Below, one piece after another: positions 20,029 through 30,342 of a stretch of 64,000 nucleotides of DNA; the stretch's first letter is position 1, and every line of letters begins with the position of its first letter. This stretch comes from Minisyncoccota bacterium (GTDB lineage Bacteria > Patescibacteriota > Minisyncoccia > Phycocordibacterales > UBA918), in the NCBI GenBank assembly GCA_022841645.1, contig JALHRC010000004.1:4078-68077 (forward strand), in the 5' to 3' direction. The position numbers were made by a program, and so were the translations under genes. The notes under the pieces were generated by a model, which had not been told where the DNA came from, ran no database searches, and worked only from the letters and a program-made list of their open reading frames with translations.

Positions 20029-21000
20029 CTAGAAACTGACGACCACATCAGATTGTGCGCCCTGCAAGACATTTGTGGTATTACGAACATGGAATGATAC
20101 ATTACTAGAGCCCTCTACATTGCTGCGACTGATTGTTATCGCGTAAGGGTTGTTATCACTACCAATACTAGGTATGCCACCGATACTCCACTCAGCTATA
20201 TCAGGTTCGTTAAAAGTTAAGATATCTAGATAGTAGGGGTGGGCAGTAATAGTGGTGCTTTGCGAGATCAAATTGAGATCAGTGATCGGCCACGGACTAA
20301 GGCCAAGCAAACTGCTCTCCTCATGGAAACGTAGTTCAGGATCACTATTTGTAAGATAGATTGTTCGTTCTGCAATGACCCCTACACCAATTTTTTCAAC
20401 CTCAAGTTCGACATAGGCATCCCCCCACGGCATAACAAATGACACCATTGATCGCCCACGTACTGGGCCGTCAAACAGTATTTTGTTGTTGACACGCCAG
20501 GTATAGACCAGTTCAGCTAGATCGCCACCACTTTCCATGCGTGCAGTAACATTGACTTGGCTGCCGTGGCTCGGAACAGCTCGCGCCCCATAAAACGAGG
20601 GGACGTATGTTTGTGGTTCAACAATTAAGTCGAGATAGCGAGGCGTGATAGTTTGTCGGGCCTCATTGATAAGACCGTTACCGTTTTCAGTATAGCTTAC
20701 TATCTGAAGCGACTGACCGTCGTCGGGCGCCGTGAGTGTTATTTTCCGTTCGTTCTGCCATTCGCGGCGTTCAACGCTGTTAACAAACCAACGAATACCC
20801 CCACCGCTTCCACCAGCAGCATAGTCATCAATCTGGGCAGTGAAAGCAGTATGCGGCGGCGGAAGTGCAGGTGAAATGATAATTTTTGGTGCACCGTCAT
20901 TTACTTGCTGCGTCAATTGCGCAACCACAGATTGATGGGGGAGAAATATGCCACTAACAACAAGGTAGAGAATACCTAAGCGTTTCATTGGTCTAATCAT
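20029..21000 (-). CDS. Secreted protein of the T4SS-like operon
   Basis: Signal peptide. 323 aa. Confidence 0.5.
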   Translation of the reverse strand: MIRPMKRLGILYLVVSGIFLPHQSVVAQLTQQVNDGAPKIIISPALPPPHTAFTAQIDDYAAGGSGGGIRWFVNSVERREWQNERKITLTAPDDGQSLQIVSYTENGNGLINEARQTITPRYLDLIVEPQTYVPSFYGARAVPSHGSQVNVTARMESGGDLAELVYTWRVNNKILFDGPVRGRSMVSFVMPWGDAYVELEVEKIGVGVIAERTIYLTNSDPELRFHEESSLLGLSPWPITDLNLISQSTTITAHPYYLDILTFNEPDIAEWSIGGIPSIGSDNNPYAITISRSNVEGSSNVSFHVRNTTNVLQGAQSDVVVSF

Positions 21001-21040
21001 AGCAAAGTCAGGGGGCTAAGTGTGCAGTACTTACCCCCTA

Positions 21041-21856
21041 CTACCGCGGATAGCGTAGCATCGCAAGAAGATAAAAAATGAGCCAGGGAAACAGATTTGC
21101 TATAGGCACCGCGTACCCCACGATGCTAAGTAGCAGTAAACCGATTTTTAAACTACTCTTCTCACCAAATAGCGGCCGCTGGTGGCATAAAATATAAACG
21201 ACCACTACAGTAAATAGTATAAACAAAAATATACCTAATAAAACAATCTGGACTGCCATTGCAGCGCCCAGAAACCCACCAGTAAAGTTGGTTCCAAAGA
21301 TACCATTAAACAGGCTGGTCGCGGAACCAAGGACACTGAGCGTTAGCCGTCCGAGCCACGAGGCATTGAGTGATATTTCAAGTGCCAGAAACGCAAGAGC
21401 AATTCCCGCGATTGTTATCTGTACACTTGCCCAAAACGACAAATAGAGCGTTATTATAAGGCGTGTCAGGCTTTGATAGTGGAGTCGATTGAGGGCAACA
21501 GTTCGCGGAACAACACCCTGACTGTACTCGTGGGTAGTCAGGTCCGCAATCAGCGCCGCCTCTTCTTGTTGACGTAAGGCAGCCTTCCGCGCCTCTAGGT
21601 GGGCGCGCTCCTGCGCCAGCTCGATCTGGTAGCGTCTGCGTTCCTCCACTTCCGCTTCTGCTACCGTTTGTGCGTAAACATTTTGTTCACTGCTTAGTAA
21701 ACGTTCCCCCGTGAGGCGTTTGCTCTGGTCCTCAGTAAAACGCTTGTTCGTAGGTGTACCAGTGGGGGCACGTTTTCCGCGATCAACCGTTACCGTATTT
21801 TGCCAATCAGGCACGGCCTTTTTTTCTAGCTCTGCTTTGGAGAGTGGCCTAGCCAT
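21041..21856 (-). CDS. Coiled-coil + 4-TM membrane protein of the T4SS-like operon
   Basis: N-terminal charged coiled coil (ELAQERAHLEARKAALRQQEEAA), then four hydrophobic helices. Confidence 0.5.
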   Translation of the reverse strand: MARPLSKAELEKKAVPDWQNTVTVDRGKRAPTGTPTNKRFTEDQSKRLTGERLLSSEQNVYAQTVAEAEVEERRRYQIELAQERAHLEARKAALRQQEEAALIADLTTHEYSQGVVPRTVALNRLHYQSLTRLIITLYLSFWASVQITIAGIALAFLALEISLNASWLGRLTLSVLGSATSLFNGIFGTNFTGGFLGAAMAVQIVLLGIFLFILFTVVVVYILCHQRPLFGEKSSLKIGLLLLSIVGYAVPIANLFPWLIFYLLAMLRYPR

Positions 21857-21881
21857 GTCCTCATTGTACTACGAACGACTC

Positions 21882-23678
21882 TTAGCCCCGACTAGCGCGT
21901 AGCTCGTCACGCGATTTGCGGATCTGGAGGAGTTGTGAGGGGTCAGAGGTGATGATTTGATCCTCGGTATAAGAAGCTTCGATCTTGATCGCAATGTGTT
22001 TGAGGCCAGCAAAAAAGATGCCCTCCCCCACACCACTTTCAAGGAGCAAGTACTTCTCTTCGTCCGTCAGATTAAAGGTTTTTTGAATGTTATCAATCGC
22101 TGTCGGGGATTGTTTCATGAGAAGCTGGAGGCTCGAGTTTGTAATCATCGGGACCCCGTAAGGTGAGCGCAAGAAATCGTCCACGTCCTGAGTAATGGTT
22201 GCTATACCAAGGTAGTATTTACGGCCGCGCTTCGCGAGACTAAAAAGGAACGAAGCTGTATCTTCAGATTTCATCATCCACCATGCCTCGTCGATAACGA
22301 GAAGACGTTTGGTGAGTCGGCGGCGCACTGCGCTCCAAATGAAGTTCGTCACGATATACATGGCGATGGTTTTAAGCTCGTCCTCCATGTCGCGGAGCGA
22401 GAACACCACAAACTTTTGGTTGATGTCGACGTTGGTAGGTTGATTCATAAAGCCCGACCAGGTGCCTGAGGTGTATTTTTGTAGTCGTGAAATGAGTGAA
22501 GCGCTTCCTTCCATGCCAGCCAGTACCATTTCAAAATCGGAAAGGAGAGGTGGTTCTTGTCCCGCAAAGTCAGCGTCACCCGTGATGTCCTTAAGGGCGT
22601 AGGTTTCGTTAATAGCGAGGTCAACAATCGTTTCCTCTTCCGGCGAAAGACCGCCAAGCATGAGACGGAAGAGACCAATGAGTTCAATCACATGGCTACG
22701 CAATACGTCTTTAGGGTTTTCATCGGCCTGGGGTGCTGGCAGGTCAAACGGATTGATATGGTGGTCAGAGGAAAGCGAGATGTTGAAAAAGCGTCCGCCA
22801 GTCGCTTCGGCCAGATACTCATACTCGCGCTCGGGGTCAAGCACAATCACTTCGGTGCCGAACATAAGAGAGCGGAGAATTTCGAGCTTGAGTGCATACG
22901 ACTTCCCTGCCCCTGAGGTAGCAAACGTAACCGAATTGTAATTGGTAAGGCTAAAGCGATCAAAAATAACCAGCGAGGAGTTGTGACGATTGATCCCGTA
23001 CATAATGCCGGTGTCGGAGGTGAGGTCAAATGAGGTAAAGGGAAAGAAGCTTGATAGCGGTGAAGAATTGAACTTGTTGTGAACAAGCAGCCCGTCGCTG
23101 GCTAAGGGAACAATACTCTGCATACCTTTTTCTTGTTCAAAATAGCCTGGTTTAACGTAAATAAGGCGGGAATCCAAGAGACCCTTGAGGTCATTTTCGG
23201 CGATATTGAGTGCTGCTTCGTCAGTGCCATAGAGGCAAATGTACAGGCCGACGTCAAAGATTCTTTCTTCCGATTGTTGCAATCGGTCACGCATATCTTC
23301 GATATTTTGGTAGGCGGCTTCGAGTTGGGGGTCACGCACTTCCCCCCGCTCGGCCTTGATGCTGATTTGACTCTGCACCTCGGCTACTTTCTTTTGGAGC
23401 TTCTTCAGCATGTCGGCGGTATTGATGGGGTGAATGAAGATCGAGATGTCGAGCTCGCGTTCGAGGTTGGTGACGGGCTGTAGCCAACCATCGGTAAGGG
23501 TGCGCGGGTAGGAAATGGTGTAAAACACCCGAGCGCTGACACCACCCAAATTGATGTTGCGGGGACTAATCTCCACCACTGATGGAGCAATAACGTCGGT
23601 AATTGTAAGGAGGTGGCCAGCTGGGTCAGTAATACCCTCGCTGATCTTTTTGCTTCTGAAGATGTCAAAGAGTCCCAT
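21882..23678 (-). CDS. virB4: VirB4/TrbE-family type IV secretion ATPase (C-terminal 598 aa)
   Basis: Walker A TSGAGKSY, Walker B LLVIDEAWWMM, VirB4-like flanking motifs. Confidence 0.8.
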   Translation of the reverse strand: MGLFDIFRSKKISEGITDPAGHLLTITDVIAPSVVEISPRNINLGGVSARVFYTISYPRTLTDGWLQPVTNLERELDISIFIHPINTADMLKKLQKKVAEVQSQISIKAERGEVRDPQLEAAYQNIEDMRDRLQQSEERIFDVGLYICLYGTDEAALNIAENDLKGLLDSRLIYVKPGYFEQEKGMQSIVPLASDGLLVHNKFNSSPLSSFFPFTSFDLTSDTGIMYGINRHNSSLVIFDRFSLTNYNSVTFATSGAGKSYALKLEILRSLMFGTEVIVLDPEREYEYLAEATGGRFFNISLSSDHHINPFDLPAPQADENPKDVLRSHVIELIGLFRLMLGGLSPEEETIVDLAINETYALKDITGDADFAGQEPPLLSDFEMVLAGMEGSASLISRLQKYTSGTWSGFMNQPTNVDINQKFVVFSLRDMEDELKTIAMYIVTNFIWSAVRRRLTKRLLVIDEAWWMMKSEDTASFLFSLAKRGRKYYLGIATITQDVDDFLRSPYGVPMITNSSLQLLMKQSPTAIDNIQKTFNLTDEEKYLLLESGVGEGIFFAGLKHIAIKIEASYTEDQIITSDPSQLLQIRKSRDELRASRG

Positions 23679-23686
23679 ACAAATAA

Positions 23687-24319
23687 TTAACGATCAGCCA
23701 CTGGGGCGTGGGCGGTTGGCTCCCCTGGGTTGTAGACGTGGAAAAAGAACTCCACCAACTCGTCGTTACCGAGCGCAATCGTACGGATGCCCATTTGTAG
23801 CAATCCTTGCTCGATAATGGCAGTTCGTTGGTCGAGTTGCAGTCGCTGCTCTTCAAAACGCAGTTCGCCGGTTACCGCGCCCTTTCCTTTGGAAAGGATG
23901 GCACCAAAATTTTTAGAAATATTGAGGGGAGCAGCTGTATAAGGTACCACCACAAAAAAGCTTTTTGCCATCACGTTGTTGTCAGTGGTAAATTTTTTGA
24001 TGTACAAAAGATATTCACGTAGCTGCACGCGCATGAGGTCGTTGTCTTGCTTCTCCTCAAGCGCCCGTAGAGTATCAAGGTAGGGATCAATATTCATGCG
24101 TCGCGATTGAATGTAAATCTGGAGGCTAAAGTCGAGGGTATTAAGAAAGTTTTGAAACTGGAGCAGAAGCGCTTGTTGTTCGTCCTGCGATTTTAGGGCA
24201 AAGTTGACCGAAGAGGCTAATAAAATGCGACACAACTGCCCGCTTTTTAGGATCACTACCCCATCACGAATATCGCGAATGGTGACAAAGTCTTGGCTGG
24301 CGGGAGTAGCTTTTGGCAT
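23687..24319 (-). CDS. 210-aa protein that may be the N-terminal domain of a split VirB4, or a separate T4SS subunit
   Basis: Ends 8 nt before the VirB4 ATG. 210 + 598 aa is roughly canonical VirB4 length. Confidence 0.45.
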   Translation of the reverse strand: MPKATPASQDFVTIRDIRDGVVILKSGQLCRILLASSVNFALKSQDEQQALLLQFQNFLNTLDFSLQIYIQSRRMNIDPYLDTLRALEEKQDNDLMRVQLREYLLYIKKFTTDNNVMAKSFFVVVPYTAAPLNISKNFGAILSKGKGAVTGELRFEEQRLQLDQRTAIIEQGLLQMGIRTIALGNDELVEFFFHVYNPGEPTAHAPVADR

Positions 24320-24321
24320 GG

Positions 24322-24741
24322 TTATTCTTTTTTCTGGAGCGCTTGCATTTCAAGCGAGCGGGCAAGTGAGGTGATAGAGAGTCGTGGTCGGTGTGATGCC
24401 GGTATATCTTTAAGGAGGAGATCTTCCTCGCTGTGGTTTGGTGCAGCGGTGTACATCACTTCACCACGGCGTCGCCAGAGGTAGAGACGGGCTTGGCTGA
24501 AATAGAGGAACATTGCTTCGAGGAAATATTCTAAACGACGATTATTGACTTGGTAAAAGGCTAAAGCTAGGGCAAAGCTTCCAAGCGGTATGCCTAAAAG
24601 TACGAACACCCAAAAGGGGGTAGTAAGAAAGAGTACTACTCCCATCCCTATTCCGCCACCTAGATAGATAAACTGCCGCCAGGTGAAGGGGCCAAAGACC
24701 TTGTCTTCGATTTCAATGAACTGTGGCACGTCAAAACGCAT
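24322..24741 (-). CDS. VirB3/PrgI-like small membrane protein
   Basis: 139 aa with a hydrophobic hairpin (GGGIGMGVVLFLTTPFWVFVLLGIPLGSFALALAFY), immediately upstream of VirB4 as in other T4SS. Confidence 0.4.
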   Translation of the reverse strand: MRFDVPQFIEIEDKVFGPFTWRQFIYLGGGIGMGVVLFLTTPFWVFVLLGIPLGSFALALAFYQVNNRRLEYFLEAMFLYFSQARLYLWRRRGEVMYTAAPNHSEEDLLLKDIPASHRPRLSITSLARSLEMQALQKKE

Positions 24742-24821
24742 ACGACTACATTATACACGGGCGGCAGTGAGGTATCTGCCTCACCGTCGCCCGTGTATCC
24801 CCAACCACGTAGCTTTGTTAC

Positions 24822-25424
24822 CTATTTTCGTTCAGCACTTTCCCACTGTGGTACGTCGCCTCCCTTACGTGGTGTCCCTGGGCGCAGCAGGGTTGGCTGT
24901 TCTGAAACATGTACCGATGCGTCGTGGTGCTCTTGGCTCTGGAGATCCTCCATGTCCCGCGCCATGGTGCGGGATGGTGCAATGCGTGCCAGTGCTTCTT
25001 CAGCCTCAGCTATATCATTTTCCATTACGGTAGTGGTCGCCACGGGAGTGGATGGTATCGGCGGTACCGCAGTCACTGTAACCGATGCCTTATTATCAGC
25101 AGTTCTCTCTTCTTGCGGCGGTTGCCAATTAGAATCATTGAGGGGCTCCAAAGAATCCAGTAAGTCGGCAGTTATACGCAAAGCTTGTACATCAGAAATA
25201 GCCAGACTTTCCTTCAGAAGTCGAGGCAAATCCGTTTGAGGATAAAAGCCTAGAATAACGTCACCGATAATTAAGGCGTATGAGCTATATTGATCTTCAG
25301 TCAATCCGTTTTTTACAAAAATTTCTCGTAGTTTTTTTCCAGCACCAACATGCCCATACAAATATTTTTGTGCGGGTGTTCCATTTGTGTGGCGTTTATG
25401 GCGCTCTTGTTCTGTTGGTGACAT
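24822..25424 (-). CDS. Hypothetical soluble protein of the T4SS-like operon
   Basis: 200-aa ORF, no recognisable motif. Confidence 0.45.
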   Translation of the reverse strand: MSPTEQERHKRHTNGTPAQKYLYGHVGAGKKLREIFVKNGLTEDQYSSYALIIGDVILGFYPQTDLPRLLKESLAISDVQALRITADLLDSLEPLNDSNWQPPQEERTADNKASVTVTAVPPIPSTPVATTTVMENDIAEAEEALARIAPSRTMARDMEDLQSQEHHDASVHVSEQPTLLRPGTPRKGGDVPQWESAERK

Positions 25425-25429
25425 AAGAG

Positions 25430-27634
25430 CTAGAAGCTACGGCCTTGAGGAGTGTTAGTAAGCCAGTCATGTGCAATGTGTCCCGCAGGTGTGGCGGCCG
25501 CCGCTATAATATGGTCCCTTATTTCCTTTCTTTCTTTAGCATTAAGTACTTTGGCAATTTCGCCCAGTGCCCCACCAGTCAAGTGATTACGAATTTCAGC
25601 ACGATTGAGGATGGATTTTGGTAATTTAGCAATTTCTTCATTGTTTTTAAATTTGTTTAAGAAGGCCGGTATGCCACCCATACTGGCAGCTGTGTTGAAT
25701 GCGCTTACTAAGCCGGCAGTGTGAATATTAATAATTCGTTCCTTCTCAGTTTCAGTAAAGTCGTTACTCTTTTTAATGTCGTCAATTTGGCTAAAGGTGA
25801 GTTCGGTGGCGAGTGGTAACATGCCTGCGGCGCGGTCCTCTGTAAGTTTCCGTTCCCCAAGAACTTTAAGTTGACTAGAACTGGCCTTCTTAAGTCCTTT
25901 ATCAAGCGCAGCGTCGTCGCTCATGCCAGTGCGTGCAGCTGCCGCCGCAGCTTCCGCAGCGGCAGCTGTACCACCAGCAGCAATAACAGTATCTCGAGCC
26001 TTGTTGGCTTCTTCTGTACGAGCCCGCTCCTGCAGGGAGCCTGTAATAGATTCCTGGCGGGCAGTAGTTATGGCTGCCTTTTGTCCATCATTTAGATCCT
26101 CGTCCTTTGCTTTCATTAGAGCGTCATACTGGGGGGCAGAGAGACTAGCAATAAAAGCTTTGTATTCCGGAGAGCCTTCCTTCATGCCACCAAGCACTTT
26201 AAGGACCTGTTCGTTAGAGGCACTAGAGATTGCCCGTTCCATGGCAACTTTCTGATCAGGGGTAGCTCCGCTTGCTGAACCTGCTGTAACGGCACTTGAA
26301 ATAGTGCCGACTGCCTTCTTCCGGGCCATAAATCTATCGCGTTCATCGGAAGCATCACTAGCAGATTTCCAGGATGTAGATCCACCAAACTTTGCTTCTT
26401 TGGCAGATTTGGCAATACCTCGAAGGGAGCTGTCGCTTCGTACGCCCCAACCCTCAAGTTTTCCGTCAGCATATTTTCCAAACCGACCGACGCTATTTCT
26501 TCCCACAAAACTTTGTGCACTACCACGCATTTTATTCCCAAGATTAATCGCAGTACTCGCGCCGGCAATACTGAGCTTATTTGCAAATATCACCGAAGCC
26601 AGTAGGAAACCGCAGGCAATGAAGAATGTGGCAAATGCTTGAATGCCCCCAGCCGCCGCCGGGTCGCCACTGATTCCCGCCGAGCCGGTGATAGCGTCAA
26701 ACAGGCTGCTACGATTGGCTCCTTGTTGCGTGTTCTGGGCAGCCTGCATGGCTTGCATGACGCGCAAGGCCATATAGATCATCAGCAAAAAAACCGGTGC
26801 GAAAAAAATGTACGAAAAAAGCTGCTTGACGTATTTATCGGTCATCCCGCCCAGGCTGGGGAGCACTAATTTGAGGAACAAGAGCGGCGAGAGAATCATA
26901 AAAATATTGAGGGCAATAAAGCGTACAAGCAGGAGCACTCCGCCGACCGCAAAGCTGAAAGCTGCAATAATAAAAAGAATCAGCACGAGAAAAACGTACG
27001 AGAAGTGAGGAGTGTCGCGCTGCCAAAAGTTACCCCCCTGCCACACTGTCTGTAGCCCCATGCTGTCAAGAAACGCCAGCGACACGTTGGCGCGCCCAGC
27101 ACTGTCTACGAGGCCCAGCTGGGCTATTTGGACAGCGGCAATATTGGTGAAGTCAATGGCTGCCTTGACAAAAAAGAGGCTAAAATTTACCAGGAGGGCT
27201 GCAATCACTAGGTTGATCAAGGCTTTCTTAGCCGAGGCACTCTCCGCATCCCAAATGAGGCGCAACGCAATGTAAACGAGCCCAAAAATAAACGTTAGGT
27301 TGAAGATATCACGAACAAATTCCCATAGATTATTGACCGCTATGCCAAGTCCGCCGCCGGAGAAGCTTCGCCCAAAATCGACGATGTAGTTGGTAATTGA
27401 CCAATCCAAGAAGCTGCCCGTGATCCAAACAAGCAGGCCGAAGACTTGCACTACGAGTGACCACAAAAGGGCAGCAATGAAGTCATAGGCGACACCAAGA
27501 GGGTTCGGGGTGCCGGTACCCTGCGCAAATACCTCAACGGGCAGTAAGGACAGTACCACAGCAGCCGCAAGCAAATACGCCACAGAGCCGATACTGCCAA
27601 AAAAGAAGCGGCGGCGATGGAAACGTGTAACCAT
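25430..27634 (-). CDS. VirB6/TrbL-like polytopic membrane protein with a ~400-aa hydrophilic Ala-rich C-terminal extension
   Basis: Signal peptide plus at least 6 TM helices in residues 1-340. C-terminal half is charged and coiled-coil. Confidence 0.5.
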   Translation of the reverse strand: MVTRFHRRRFFFGSIGSVAYLLAAAVVLSLLPVEVFAQGTGTPNPLGVAYDFIAALLWSLVVQVFGLLVWITGSFLDWSITNYIVDFGRSFSGGGLGIAVNNLWEFVRDIFNLTFIFGLVYIALRLIWDAESASAKKALINLVIAALLVNFSLFFVKAAIDFTNIAAVQIAQLGLVDSAGRANVSLAFLDSMGLQTVWQGGNFWQRDTPHFSYVFLVLILFIIAAFSFAVGGVLLLVRFIALNIFMILSPLLFLKLVLPSLGGMTDKYVKQLFSYIFFAPVFLLMIYMALRVMQAMQAAQNTQQGANRSSLFDAITGSAGISGDPAAAGGIQAFATFFIACGFLLASVIFANKLSIAGASTAINLGNKMRGSAQSFVGRNSVGRFGKYADGKLEGWGVRSDSSLRGIAKSAKEAKFGGSTSWKSASDASDERDRFMARKKAVGTISSAVTAGSASGATPDQKVAMERAISSASNEQVLKVLGGMKEGSPEYKAFIASLSAPQYDALMKAKDEDLNDGQKAAITTARQESITGSLQERARTEEANKARDTVIAAGGTAAAAEAAAAAARTGMSDDAALDKGLKKASSSQLKVLGERKLTEDRAAGMLPLATELTFSQIDDIKKSNDFTETEKERIINIHTAGLVSAFNTAASMGGIPAFLNKFKNNEEIAKLPKSILNRAEIRNHLTGGALGEIAKVLNAKERKEIRDHIIAAAATPAGHIAHDWLTNTPQGRSF

Positions 27635-27636
27635 AC

Positions 27637-29385
27637 CTAATTTGAATAGAGCGGTGTTTGGTTAGTTTTCTTGCTCAAACTGTCAAGTGGTATGCCCCAG
27701 CGGTCGGCGGCGGCCTGTACTTCGTTTGGGGTGTGCAAGTCCGCCTTAATCTCAGGGTACTCTTCCATTAGCACAGCCTCGCGCTCGGCTCGCGTTGTAG
27801 CCTCATCGTAGTCTAGAATTAGATTTTGGAGATCAATGACATTATTTTGGATATCCGGTCGTAGTTCGCGAGCTTCAGCATAGGCCGCTCCGCTGCTACC
27901 TCCTTGGTCGTTCGTATAGCGCGCAATAACGGCGTTCGTGAGTTCAAGGTAGCTTTTTTCATTTTCAAGAGCAGTCATGAGCGTGCCGCGGTGGGAACCG
28001 CCGTCACTTTTTAGACGCATACCTTCAAGACCATATGACCAACGAATGGCCTGTGTCTCAACCTCGTCATCGCTTGGTAACTCGGCTGCCTTAGCAGCGA
28101 GATCTTTTAAGATGGTCACCCGTTGTTCGTCGGTCTTTGCATCTTGCAGCGCGAGGCTGACTTCCTCTAGTGCTAAAGCAATTTTTTCTAGTTCGAGGAC
28201 CTTTTCAGCAGCTTCTTTAAAGGTCGCATCAGCCCGTTTTTGCACCTCGGGATCATTGGTGTACGAGTCGAGATAGCGGTCAATAGTAGTTTCCGCCAGA
28301 TCAAGATAGCGTTTTGTTGCACGTAGTGATTCGTCGAGTAGTTGGACCGCTTGATTGATATTGACTGCCCCATAGAGTTCGTCTTGGAACATATCAATGT
28401 TAAACGATGGATTTTTATACCGACTGTTACCGCCGAGACCCAAAAGCCCGCGCACGCCACTTAGTGCTTGGAGAGCCACTTGACTCATAAAAGCACCAAT
28501 GAGTTCATTGATTTCATCAGCCTCTACCAACGACTCATTACCCAGCTGTAGCGTCTGATTGATTTGGCTGCTAATTACCTGCCCGGGGGTAACAATGCGG
28601 CAGACTTGTGGAGCTACACCCCCGCCGGGCACTGTGCGCGGTGGATCGCAAACTCGTGATGACAAGAAGCCTGCTCCCCACCCGCCGATTGTTAGTTGTT
28701 GTCCACGGGCATTTACAATTCGTGCGTGCAACCCTACGGTTGCTGAAATGCCGGCTCCGTACGGCGTATACACACTGGGGTTAAGAACCACACTGCGCCA
28801 GGCGGGCCACCCACCGGCATTAACATCCCCCCGGATGAAACCCTCTAAATTTTGGAGCATACCACTTAACGTACAGCGCCGCTGTCCTTTGTATCCCCGC
28901 TGGTAAGCAATCGAAACAGCCATTTGCACATCGAGTCGGAAAGGCGAGCAAATAATGGAAAGTTCACCATTCCATAGACTGGTTAGATAAGCAGCTGCTT
29001 CTTCATCGGCCACATCAACTAAAAACTGCCCGAGGTCCTGAATATAGGCGGGGCTGCCTTGAAATCCCGTATTCACCCAGCGAATGGTTTCTCGCATGAT
29101 CTGGGAAATCACAGCCTTAGCAAGGTGCCAGCCAACCGGTCGAATAACGGTGTCCCACCACCACTGCCGAGACGTGAGTGCCAACTGGGCGACGCCGGTG
29201 TAGGCACTGATAGTGCTCTCGATGGAGGTTCTGACCGACGCTAGCCAGGTCATTAAGTCGAACGTCGGCAGCTGCGCCAGTGCGACTTTTGGCTGTAGGC
29301 GTTCGACGGGTTGAGGCACGTACACTGCTACCGTGACAAACACGAAGGTGAGCAACGCAATGAGTGATGTGCTAAGTATCTTCAT
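27637..29385 (-). CDS. Large secreted protein of the T4SS-like operon
   Basis: N-terminal TM/signal. 582 aa. 4-nt overlap with the upstream gene. Confidence 0.5.
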   Translation of the reverse strand: MKILSTSLIALLTFVFVTVAVYVPQPVERLQPKVALAQLPTFDLMTWLASVRTSIESTISAYTGVAQLALTSRQWWWDTVIRPVGWHLAKAVISQIMRETIRWVNTGFQGSPAYIQDLGQFLVDVADEEAAAYLTSLWNGELSIICSPFRLDVQMAVSIAYQRGYKGQRRCTLSGMLQNLEGFIRGDVNAGGWPAWRSVVLNPSVYTPYGAGISATVGLHARIVNARGQQLTIGGWGAGFLSSRVCDPPRTVPGGGVAPQVCRIVTPGQVISSQINQTLQLGNESLVEADEINELIGAFMSQVALQALSGVRGLLGLGGNSRYKNPSFNIDMFQDELYGAVNINQAVQLLDESLRATKRYLDLAETTIDRYLDSYTNDPEVQKRADATFKEAAEKVLELEKIALALEEVSLALQDAKTDEQRVTILKDLAAKAAELPSDDEVETQAIRWSYGLEGMRLKSDGGSHRGTLMTALENEKSYLELTNAVIARYTNDQGGSSGAAYAEARELRPDIQNNVIDLQNLILDYDEATTRAEREAVLMEEYPEIKADLHTPNEVQAAADRWGIPLDSLSKKTNQTPLYSN

Positions 29386-30305
29386 GGTGTAGGTGTCGCC
29401 ACGGGCATTTGAATGTCACTAAAATTAGCAAAATACAAACCAGGGTCGTTGGCGCTAAAGCTCGGCGCATTATCTTCAAGTGCGTCGTACATTGCCTTCA
29501 TTCCCTGAGCGAGAGCCTCGACACTCACCTCGTAGCGATTGAGGTGAATGAGTGACCGAATCGGGTCGGCCTCGACCATCGTAAAGGCATCAATGTCGTT
29601 AGCCAGCACGTTGAAAACATTAACAAGCTGCAGGTGCTCATCTGCCAGCGATGCTGGTACCGGCAAGGCCAAAAACTGGTCACGATAGCGACGATAAATA
29701 TCGGCTTTAGCACGCAGCGCCGCTGCATCATCGGGGCTACTAGTTTGAACAAATTTTTGTAGTAAGAGTAACTCGTGTGTCATCTGGCTACCTTCACTTG
29801 AAGTGATAGCCAGAGCAGCTGCGTTGGCGTAGTCGCGGATACTGGCGGGGGTTTCAATGGTGGACACTATAACATCAAAACGGTCATACGGTTGCTCTTG
29901 TATCTGAGCTGCCAGTTCTGATGACACACTACCAACCAGCGCTTCGTCTGATTCACCGAGAGAGCCCGAGGCACGTGATAGTAAGTAGCGCTCCATCAGA
30001 CTAATTCCCGCTCGCTCAGTCAGCGTACCACTGCGGGAACTTGAGCCCACATCGTCACTCAAAATAACCGGTGAGGCCGTCAAAAAAGGCTCTTTCCAGT
30101 CTTCGATACCGTCGCGATTGCGGTCTGTTACAGTAATACCGGATCGAGTAGCCACAATGCCAGTTGCGACCGCTGGGTTGTTTTGGGCGGTAGCGTTTAA
30201 GGTGTTGAGCCACCAAGCGGCACAGACAAGTCCAACGCCGACTACAGTCGCACCGAGCACACGGACGTTGATGCCGCGTAGCATGTGTGTAGTATAGCAG
30301 CTCAC
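29382..30305 (-). CDS. Membrane-anchored protein; first gene of the T4SS-like operon
   Basis: N-terminal hydrophobic segment. 307 aa. Confidence 0.5.
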   Translation of the reverse strand: MSCYTTHMLRGINVRVLGATVVGVGLVCAAWWLNTLNATAQNNPAVATGIVATRSGITVTDRNRDGIEDWKEPFLTASPVILSDDVGSSSRSGTLTERAGISLMERYLLSRASGSLGESDEALVGSVSSELAAQIQEQPYDRFDVIVSTIETPASIRDYANAAALAITSSEGSQMTHELLLLQKFVQTSSPDDAAALRAKADIYRRYRDQFLALPVPASLADEHLQLVNVFNVLANDIDAFTMVEADPIRSLIHLNRYEVSVEALAQGMKAMYDALEDNAPSFSANDPGLYFANFSDIQMPVATPTP

Positions 30306-30342
30306 GCTAAGTGCAAGACAGACTCTCCCCCAGGACCGTGTA

